DNA from: Syntrophaceae bacterium UBA6252
GTDB taxonomy: Bacteria > Desulfobacterota > Syntrophia > Syntrophales > UBA6807
Reading direction: 5' to 3'
Assembly: GCA_002441265.1 (NCBI GenBank)
Contig: DJVQ01000022.1
Location: 24,290 to 88,289, forward strand
DNA length: 64,000 nt
Shown: piece by piece, positions 10,281 through 17,413 of the stretch
How positions within the stretch are numbered: position 1 is the first letter of the stretch
How the letters are laid out: each line of letters opens with the position of its first letter
Made by a program: the position numbers and the translations under genes
The notes under the pieces: model-generated
What the model saw: only the letters and a program-made list of their open reading frames with translations
Database searches by the model: none
Told to the model about the DNA's origin: nothing

Positions 10281-11777
10281 CTACCGCCCCGCGCCGGCCC
10301 CGATCTGCCGGGCCAGTTCACGGCTTTTCCTGAAATCGAAGTTCCGGAAGGCCTCCAGGCTGGCTTCCATGGTTTCCCTGTCCTTCCCGGCGCCGGCGGG
10401 AGGGCGGTTCCAGAGTCCCAGAAGAGCCCGCGTCGCCGTCAGGGCGTCCGCGCTTTTCTCGAGGGTCGTCACCAGGACGCCCTGGTCCTCCCCGCTCAGC
10501 CAGAGCGGGATGACGGCAAGACGGTTCTCCCGGTCCTCGAAAATGTCCCTTCCCTCCCGGTCGGACCGGAACGTGGCGTGGGAAAAACCCGGAGACCGGG
10601 GGTCGGCGTCCATGATCACCGCCGTGCCCGTGCCTTCCAGGGCTTCCGGATCCACCCTGACGACGAGAAGCCCCGAATCGGGCTGAATCCGGTCGTATCC
10701 GATCCGCCGGCGGTTTTCCACGAGATAGTACTTCCCGCCGGGCAGGGGGATTTTCACGACCAGGGTCTCCCCTCCCCTGTCCAGGGGCGCCAGGAAGACA
10801 CCCCGGGTCTCGCCGGGGTTCACCAGGACCGCCTGGTCCGGCGAGATCCATCCCAGCCGGATCCTCGTAAAGGAGGAAAGGCCCGGCGGCGGTGAATTGA
10901 TGTCGATGTAATGGGAGGACATGACATCCCAGGCACCCATGTACGTCGTGCACTCCTCCCACCGGTGGTTTCTCGAAGCGTCAGCCTGACGCTCGAAATT
11001 GTACAGTCAGGGGACGAGACGCCCGTCGGCGTGCACGCCTCCGAGGGCATGGAGAAAGTCATGGGCGAACATTCCCAGGGGGGCGTTTTCCGTTCCCACG
11101 AAGACCCCGCCTGAAAACTCCCGTCCCCCCTTCGAGCGCAGGGTGACGAACCGGGGATTTCCCCTCACTCCCGTGAGCATCCCCGGGTTGGCGCAGTAGC
11201 ACATCATGCCGTAGCCCTTTCCCGGAACGGTGGCGGCCCCCGGGACAATGAGCATGTTCTGGTACCGCGTGAAATCCACCCTGTCCTCCATGGCGGTCAT
11301 CGCGTCTTCTATGAGCTTCCTGACCCGGGTCCTGTCCACCTTGAAGTTGTCCGGGCTGATCCGGTACGCGGCCAGGGGTTCGGGAAGGGAGACCCACCCC
11401 ACGAAGTCGGACGTCACCCGGGCAAGGCCGTACGACTGGGCCTTGACATAGTCGCTCAATTCCTCCGTCACCCTCCGGCGGATCCTGTCCAGGGAAACCC
11501 TGGGCGCGACGTCGGGGAAACGGACCGCCGCCACGAGAAGACGCTGCTCCCCCGTTCCCCGGGTCGACTGGGGCCCCAGCAAATCCGGCGGGGCAGGGGT
11601 TTCCGTATTTCGTTTGAAGACGTTCTCTCCCTGAAAGACGTCCCCGCCCCGGGAACCTGCCGGCTGCGGGCCCTGGCAGGCCCAGACCAGGCAAAGAACG
11701 ACCCCAAGGGAAAGACCCCGCCATGACCATGCAATCTTTCGCAACATGACGGCCCTCCTTTTCTGAAAGGTTTTCAT
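10281..11777 (-). CDS. metzincin/M6-like metallopeptidase-like lipoprotein, open only if the TGA at 11007..11009 is read through (candidate selenoprotein, or else a pseudogene)
   Basis: Track ORFs 11007..11777 and 10281..10940 are in the same frame and are separated by a single TGA. Hand translation across the gap is continuous: ...FAHDFLHALGGVHADGRLVP-TGA-LYNFERQADASRNHRWEECTTYMGAWDVMSSHY... The N-terminus has a lipoprotein-type signal (LCLVWAC). The motif HDFLHALGGVH fits HxxxHxxGxxH. A SECIS-like hairpin follows the TGA. Confidence 0.5.
10969..10998 (-). promoter_or_regulatory. SECIS-like hairpin downstream of the in-frame UGA
   Basis: The mRNA reads UGA-CUGUACAAU-UUCGA-GCGUCA-GGC-UGACGC-U-UCGA-GAAA. 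The upper stem is 6 bp, the lower stem is 4 bp with one bulged U, and the apical loop is GGC. The GG begins about 21 nt after the UGA. Confidence 0.45.
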
Positions 11778-12015
11778 GCCGCCGGACCGGAAGGGTCTCC
11801 GGTCCGCCCATGCTTCAGCATACTACGAAGAGAGGGAAACGATCCATGGCTTTTTCCAATAGAACCACCTATAATCACTGAATATGAGAAATCCCGGCGG
11901 AGGGTTTCATTTGTGAAAGGCGGGATCGTGGGAGTTTCGATACACGACATTCCCGTAATTCCCTCAACGATCAGGAGACAACTAAGTGCGGCCATGGAAA
12001 AAAGAGGGGGAGCTT

Positions 12016-12930
12016 ATGAAGCGGGGGAACAAGGCAGCCGTCCTCTTTCCGGTGATCCTTTTGCCGGTGTTCCTGGGTTTGTGGATGCCGGAGCCGCTGC
12101 ACGGCGGCGGAAAGGCGGAAACGGAACACTTTGTCGTGAACGACCTCGACGGCCGGTTGACCGGAGAAGCGCTCGAGCGGTTCGCCGCCGACGCCGAGGC
12201 GGAATTTTCGAAAGTGGTCGATTTCTGGTCGCTGCCCTGCAACACGGAGGAAAACGGAAAAATCCTCCTGGAACTGAAACGGGCCCAGGGAGGGAAATCC
12301 TTCACCGTCTTCCAGATCGAGACGGGGGGGGAGGAAACGCGCAGGGTCCTCCGGGTCCAGGGAATCGAGAGCCCGCAGGAACTCGCCCACAAGATGACCC
12401 ACGCCCTTTTTCCCACGGGCGACAAGCTCATCCGGAACATGATGGGCATCCCCACGGAAACGCGCTTCGGAAACCCCGGGTCCTTCCCCATGTGCGGCTG
12501 CGACCTCGACGCCTGGGTCCCGGTCCTGATAAAAACGGGCGATTACATTCCCCTTTCGGAACTCCGGCCGGAGCACGAGGAATGGGGAATGACCTTCAAG
12601 GACAAAACCCCGTCCGTTTCGGACAGGAAAAAGCAGCACGCCTCCTACATCGAAGCGGGGTCGTTCGGTTCCTTCCTGATCCGGCGGTTCGGGATCGAAA
12701 AGGTCAAAGCCTTTTATCAGGCATCCCTCCGGCATCCCAGGCCCTGGAAGAAAATTTTCGGCCTCGACCTCGCCGGGCTGGAAGCGGAGTGGCTCAAAAC
12801 CGTAAGTGATTTCGCCAGGGAGAACGCCGCCCAGGCGGCATTTCTCGAAACGTTGTGGAAGAAGAACCCGGCCAGGGCCTGCTATGAGGCGCAGGACCTG
12901 ACGCGGAAGGGAGACAAGCCCTGGCGGTAG
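12016..12930 (+). CDS. hypothetical secreted protein with a degenerate peptidase-MA-like motif (HKMTH)
   Basis: An AGAGGGGGA RBS precedes the ATG at 12016. The N-terminus is signal-like (MKRGNKAAVLFPVILLPVFLGLW). The motif ELAHKMTHALFP resembles HExxH with Glu replaced by Lys. Confidence 0.5.
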   Translation: MKRGNKAAVLFPVILLPVFLGLWMPEPLHGGGKAETEHFVVNDLDGRLTGEALERFAADAEAEFSKVVDFWSLPCNTEENGKILLELKRAQGGKSFTVFQIETGGEETRRVLRVQGIESPQELAHKMTHALFPTGDKLIRNMMGIPTETRFGNPGSFPMCGCDLDAWVPVLIKTGDYIPLSELRPEHEEWGMTFKDKTPSVSDRKKQHASYIEAGSFGSFLIRRFGIEKVKAFYQASLRHPRPWKKIFGLDLAGLEAEWLKTVSDFARENAAQAAFLETLWKKNPARACYEAQDLTRKGDKPWR

Positions 12931-13093
12931 GGATCCTCCGGTCATCCGGGTCTATCCACCGTTCCGTCACGGACAAACCTCCGCCCCGTTCCGGACGGGA
13001 TATTTTCCCCGCACCGCCTTCAGCGCCTTCAAGTCCCGCATTCTCCGGGCATCCTCCATCGCCGGCCCTCTCGTTCCGGTTCCCTCTTTTTCC

Positions 13094-13121
13094 TTGATCT
13101 ATTCATCAGCATGGTTATAAT
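13094..13121 (+). promoter_or_regulatory. sigma-70-like promoter upstream of the selenopeptide ORF
   Basis: The sequence is TTGATC, a 16-nt spacer, then TATAAT. It lies about 90 nt upstream of the ATG at 13212. Confidence 0.4.
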
Positions 13122-13211
13122 ATGTCATTTGTATTCTATATTTGAAGGTTCTTTCTTTCCCGGGAGGGAGAACCCGGACGTTCAACCCAGTGGACGCAAA
13201 GGAGGCAGGCA

Positions 13212-13433
13212 ATGGAGTCATCGGATCTGAAGAAATTCCTTGCAGGATTGTGCATCGCCAGCCTGCTGGCAGGGACGAGCCTCGGCCTGGCCGGCTGCCA
13301 GAAGAAAGCCCAGACGAGTTGAACCGGCAAAACGGGTACTGGAAGTACCCAGGGAACCGGCGCTCCCGGAGCCCCCGACACGGGGAAGAGCAGTTGAACG
13401 GGAGAAAAGAAAGGTACCGGCGGTACCAATTAA
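13212..13433 (+). CDS. sbtA: SbtA-like RiPP precursor: 73-codon lipoprotein-signal peptide with two in-frame UGA (candidate Sec) codons
   Basis: This ORF is not in the track because it is broken by TGA codons. An AGGAGG RBS sits 6 nt before the ATG at 13212. Hand translation gives MESSDLKKFLAGLCIASLLAGTSLGLAGCQKKAQTS-U-TGKTGTGSTQGTGAPGAPDTGKSS-U-TGEKKGTGGTN, ending in TAA. The TGAs are at 13320..13322 and 13395..13397, and a hairpin follows each. It lies immediately upstream of a radical SAM/SPASM gene. Confidence 0.6.
13334..13350 (+). promoter_or_regulatory. SECIS-like hairpin 1
   Basis: GGGUAC-UGGAA-GUACCC forms a 6-bp perfect stem. The loop begins 17 nt after UGA-1 (13320..13322). Confidence 0.45.
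13413..13427 (+). promoter_or_regulatory. SECIS-like hairpin 2
   Basis: GGUACC-GGC-GGUACC forms a 6-bp perfect stem, or 5 bp with a CGGCG loop. The loop begins 21 nt after UGA-2 (13395..13397). Confidence 0.45.
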
Positions 13434-13675
13434 GTTTTTTCGGCAGAAGCCGGGCGGCGGAAGACGCCCCCCCGGGAACGGATGCGGTTCCGTTTCCCGA
13501 TGGAAGTCTTTCCCGGCCGGACACTCGAAGGATTCAATGAAAGGGATGACGCATCGTTTTGTCTCAGAATGGATGAAATTTTGAGCGCCTGGGAAGAAAC
13601 GGCGATGTCATCCCTTTTCACAGAGGGTCATTCGGGAAGTCTTCTCGAACCCGGACATGCGGTGAGAGGTTCGGA

Positions 13676-15286
13676 ATGCCGCCTTCCCCGCTGGAGGATC
13701 TGGAAAAAATCTGTCCCGTCTGCCGCTCCTGCCTGGCCGGAGCGGGACGGCACGATATCGTGGCGGGATATCCGGGCGGAGGGTCGAATCGATCCTTTGA
13801 CGAGTACCTGAAAGACAATGAAAGCGAACTCGGGGAACTCGCCTTTCTCCCCGAACTCGCGCTGCTGGAACGGATCACGGCGGAGCTGAAGAACGGGGAC
13901 GTTCGGATCCCCTCGCCGGCCCGGCGCTTCGAAACCAATCCATCCATCCGTCTGGAAACGTTTTCCTGGCAAGGGCTTGCCGCGCTCCTCGAGGATGGCC
14001 GTCCCTCCCGGCCGCGCCCCGTGAAAAAACGGGAGACCGTTCTCGTCTGGCTCCATCCCGTATCCCGGTCGGTCATGGTTCAGGCCGGATCGGACGCCGA
14101 CTGGCTGGCCTTGAAGATCGCCGCCGAAGGCATCGACAAGGAACGCCTGGCCGAGAGGGAGGGCGTCCCCCTGGCGGTCATCGAGGAAGCGATGTCCCGG
14201 GCCGTGGAAAAGGGGCTGGTCATCGCGCCCCGCTCCCTGATCCGGAGGAATCCCGAAAGGACCCCTCCGGGGGTCCGGGTGGACGAGGAATTTCTAGAAT
14301 CCCCCTTCTTCACCCTCCAGCTGCACATCACCCAGGACTGCGATCTCCGGTGCAAGCACTGCTACGACCGCAGCCGGAGGTCTTCCCTCGGGCTGATGAA
14401 AGGCACCGCGCTGCTGGACGAGCTCAGGGAATTCTGCAGGGACCGTCACGTCCGGGGCCAGGTTACCTTTTCCGGTGGAAACCCCCTCCTTCACCCCGGC
14501 TTCTTCGATCTGTACCGGGCGGCGGTCGAACGGGGTTTCGTCACCGCCGTCCTCGGGAATCCCGCTTCGAGGGAAAACCTGGAGCGAATCCTCCGGATCC
14601 GGAAACCGGCCTTTTACCAGGTCAGCCTCGAGGGGCTGAGGGAACACAACGATGCGATCCGGGGGAAAGGCAGCTTCGACAAGGTCCTCCGGTTCCTTCC
14701 CCTCCTGAGGGAATACGGGATCCCGTCCCTGGTGATGCTCACCCTGACAGGAGACAACATGGACCAGGTCATCCCGCTGGGAGACCGACTCGCGGGCCTG
14801 ACGGACGGGTTCACATTCAACCGCCTCGCCCAGGTGGGAGAGGGGGCGAACCTCCGCCTACCCGCCCGGGACGATTTTCAATCGTTCCTTGCATCCTACC
14901 TGAAAGCGTCGGAACGGAACCCCGTTCTGACCCTGAAGGACAATCTCTTCAACATCCTCCTGCGGCGGGAGGGGAAAAAGCCCTTCGGGGGCTGCGCCGG
15001 ATACGGATGCAGCGCCGCCTTCAATTTCCTCGCCGTCCTTCCCGACGGGGAGGTCCACGCCTGCCGGAAATTTCCTTCCCTCGTCGGAAACATCCACGAT
15101 CAGCGTCTCGCGGATATCTATGATTCCGAACCCGCCGAAAGGTATCGCCGGGGAACGGCGGCGTGCCGCGCCTGCCCGATCCGGCCCGTCTGCGGAAGCT
15201 GCCTTGCCGTGATGTACGGACGGGGGATGGATATTTTCAACTCCCGGGACCCCCACTGCTTCATGGAGGAGGGCTTTCCGGGGTAA
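13676..15286 (+). CDS. sbtM: radical SAM/SPASM-domain peptide maturase (SbtM-like)
   Basis: The CxxxCxxC motif sits in ITQDCDLRCKHCY. The C-terminal SPASM pattern is GGCAGYGC...GEVHAC followed by CRACPIRPVCGSC...HC. A roughly 200-aa N-terminal extension contains CPVCRSC. A GAGAGG RBS lies upstream. Confidence 0.8.
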   Translation: MPPSPLEDLEKICPVCRSCLAGAGRHDIVAGYPGGGSNRSFDEYLKDNESELGELAFLPELALLERITAELKNGDVRIPSPARRFETNPSIRLETFSWQGLAALLEDGRPSRPRPVKKRETVLVWLHPVSRSVMVQAGSDADWLALKIAAEGIDKERLAEREGVPLAVIEEAMSRAVEKGLVIAPRSLIRRNPERTPPGVRVDEEFLESPFFTLQLHITQDCDLRCKHCYDRSRRSSLGLMKGTALLDELREFCRDRHVRGQVTFSGGNPLLHPGFFDLYRAAVERGFVTAVLGNPASRENLERILRIRKPAFYQVSLEGLREHNDAIRGKGSFDKVLRFLPLLREYGIPSLVMLTLTGDNMDQVIPLGDRLAGLTDGFTFNRLAQVGEGANLRLPARDDFQSFLASYLKASERNPVLTLKDNLFNILLRREGKKPFGGCAGYGCSAAFNFLAVLPDGEVHACRKFPSLVGNIHDQRLADIYDSEPAERYRRGTAACRACPIRPVCGSCLAVMYGRGMDIFNSRDPHCFMEEGFPG

Positions 15287-15328
15287 TCCCTTCCCTGTCC
15301 GGCCCGCGGTCCGTCCGGGCAAAACGGC

Positions 15329-15354
15329 GGAGGGCCGCCCATGGGCGGCCCTCC
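15329..15354. terminator. strong GC hairpin between convergent genes
   Basis: GGAGGGCCGCC-CAUG-GGCGGCCCUCC forms an 11-bp perfect stem. It has no clean T-run on the plus strand and a short GTTTTG on the minus strand. Confidence 0.5.
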
Positions 15355-15400
15355 CGGTCTGTATCGCCGCCGCGACTCACGGCGAAAATCTTCCGGAGCG

Positions 15401-17413
15401 TCACCTTACATACAGAATCGATTCCCGGGTAAGATCCTTGAGGACCTCCTTCCCCATGTCTTCAACCTTCCTTCGGACAAGTTCCTTCTCGCCGAACGTG
15501 ATGGCATCGGTGAGACAGGTCTCCGCGCAGACGGGCAGGTCCCCCACGTGGATCCTCTCGAAGCAGAGGTCGCACTTGTGGGAGTATCCCCGGCCCCCGT
15601 CATACTGGATCACCCCGTAGGGGCAGGACTGGATGCAGGCACAGCCGCAGCTCTGGCAGCGGGCCGCCTCCCCCATGACCGCTTCCGCGGAGAGGCCGGC
15701 GGCGACCTCGTCGAAGGTCCCCGACCGTTCCTTCGGGTTTCTCAGGGGCATCACCGCCCGCTTGGCCGGATCGTATTTTTCCTTCTGGACCTTTGCCGTA
15801 TCCGTCCAGTCCCTTTCCCGGTTTTCACGGAGATCGAGCCCCTTCAGGTATCGGTCGATGGAAACGGCCGCCCTCTTTCCCGCGGCGATGGCCTCGACGA
15901 CCGACCGCGGTCCCGTGACGGCGTCCCCCCCCGCGAAGATGTCGGGATCCTCGCTCTGGAGGGTGACCGGATCGACCCGCAGGGTGCCCGTGCCGGTGAT
16001 CGTGCAGGCGCATTCCGGAGTCAGGCAGGACCAGTCCGTTTCCTGGCCGATGGAAACGATGACGTCGTCCACGGGGCGGGCGAACTCCGTTCCCGGGACA
16101 GGCACCGGTTTCTTCCTCCCGCTTTCGTCCGGTTCGGCAAGGCGCATCCTGATGAATTCGACTGCCTTGACGCGGCCCTGCTCGCCGATGAAGCGGGCAG
16201 GATAGAGAAGGGTCTCGATCCGGATTCCTTCATCCTCGGCTTCCCGGATTTCCTCTTCTCCCGCGGGCATCTCCTCGAGACTCCGGCGGTAGGCGATGAA
16301 GACCTCCTCCGCGCCGAGACGGCGGGCCGAGCGGGCGGCGTCGATGGCGGCATTCCCGCCGCCGATGACGGCCACCCGTTTTCCCATGACGGGCGGTTTC
16401 CCGCTGTTCACGGCGATGAGGAATTCATAGGCGGGATGAATGCCTTTCAGCCCTTCACCTTCGCTTCCCAGCTCCTTGCAGACCTGGGTGCCCACCGCGA
16501 AGAAAAAGGCCCTGTAACGTTTCTTCCTCAGTTTCGCGACGGTGATCTTCTTTCCGAAGTCCACCCCCGTTTTCATTTCGACGCCGAGGTCCCGGATCGC
16601 CCCGATCTCCCCCTCGATGACGTCCCGGGGCAGCCGGTATGCCGGAATCCCCCGGGTCAGCATGCCGCCGATGACGGGGGCCTTCTCGTACACAGTGACC
16701 CCGTACCCTTCCCGGGCGAGATAATAGGCGCAGGTGAGTCCCGCCGGCCCCGATCCGATGACGGCGACTTTTTCCGCCTTTCGGTCCCGGACGGGGGGAA
16801 CGTAACGGGTCTCCGCCTTCCCGTCCAGGTCGGCGAGGAAACGGTGGACGGCCCGGATGGAAACCGCCTCGTCGATCTCGCCCCGGTTGCAATGGGTCTC
16901 GCAGGGGTGGTAGCAGACCCTCCCGCAGACGGCCGGGAAAGGGTTCTCCTCCTTGATGAGGGCGAGAGCCTCCGGGAATTTCCCCTTGGCGGCCAGTCCG
17001 AGGTAGCCTTGGACGTTGATGTGGGTCGGGCAGTGGGCCATGCACGGGGCGGCTTTCGTCTTCTCCGCGGCCAGGGTCTCCGGGATCGTTTTGCATCCGT
17101 TGCAGACCTCCCGGTCGATCCGGACGATCCCCGTCTGGGCGTCCTTGCCGATGGCCCCTTCCGGGCAGGAGGGCAGGCATTTCGGTTCCGGGCAGTGCTG
17201 GCAAGGCATGACCCAGGAATCCACGGCGACGTTCGGGTACGTGCCTCTTTCCCGGTTTTCCACGCGAAGGTAGTAGGGGATCCCGTTGGGCATGGCCCGG
17301 GTGTGGTCAATGATCTCGTGGTAGTTCCTGCAGGCCACGATACAGGTGCTGCACCCGATACAACGGCTCAAATCTATCATCAGGCTTAACTGTTTCATGG
17401 TCTCCTCCTTCAC
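15401..17413 (-). CDS. chimeric electron-transfer subunit: DmsB-type 4Fe-4S ferredoxin with an inserted GltD-like NAD(P)H/FAD oxidoreductase module
   Basis: The N-terminus carries CIGCSTCIVAC, CQHCPEPKCLPSCP and CNGC. The middle is glutamate-synthase small-chain-like (CPTHINVQGY, CGRVCYHPCETHC, VAVIGSGPAGL, VAVIGGGNAAIDAA). The C-terminus carries CQSCGCACIQSCP and CDLCFERI...PVCAETC. The start overlaps the Mo-subunit stop (ATGA). Confidence 0.8.
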   Translation of the reverse strand: MKEETMKQLSLMIDLSRCIGCSTCIVACRNYHEIIDHTRAMPNGIPYYLRVENRERGTYPNVAVDSWVMPCQHCPEPKCLPSCPEGAIGKDAQTGIVRIDREVCNGCKTIPETLAAEKTKAAPCMAHCPTHINVQGYLGLAAKGKFPEALALIKEENPFPAVCGRVCYHPCETHCNRGEIDEAVSIRAVHRFLADLDGKAETRYVPPVRDRKAEKVAVIGSGPAGLTCAYYLAREGYGVTVYEKAPVIGGMLTRGIPAYRLPRDVIEGEIGAIRDLGVEMKTGVDFGKKITVAKLRKKRYRAFFFAVGTQVCKELGSEGEGLKGIHPAYEFLIAVNSGKPPVMGKRVAVIGGGNAAIDAARSARRLGAEEVFIAYRRSLEEMPAGEEEIREAEDEGIRIETLLYPARFIGEQGRVKAVEFIRMRLAEPDESGRKKPVPVPGTEFARPVDDVIVSIGQETDWSCLTPECACTITGTGTLRVDPVTLQSEDPDIFAGGDAVTGPRSVVEAIAAGKRAAVSIDRYLKGLDLRENRERDWTDTAKVQKEKYDPAKRAVMPLRNPKERSGTFDEVAAGLSAEAVMGEAARCQSCGCACIQSCPYGVIQYDGGRGYSHKCDLCFERIHVGDLPVCAETCLTDAITFGEKELVRRKVEDMGKEVLKDLTRESILYVR

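Noticed and set aside
13334-13427. Repeated GGTACC-type palindromes, considered as a mini CRISPR or REP array
   Set aside because: There are only two copies, both inside a coherent reading frame and each at a fixed distance from a TGA. Recoding (SECIS-like) hairpins explain them better.
13482-13811. 109-aa ORF overlapping the start of the radical SAM gene, considered as an alternative N-terminus or as evidence of a frameshift
   Set aside because: It is in a different frame from the radical SAM body. The ATG at 13676 has a good GAGAGG RBS and gives a coherent protein. I saw no evidence of a frameshift and cannot exclude one without homologue alignment.
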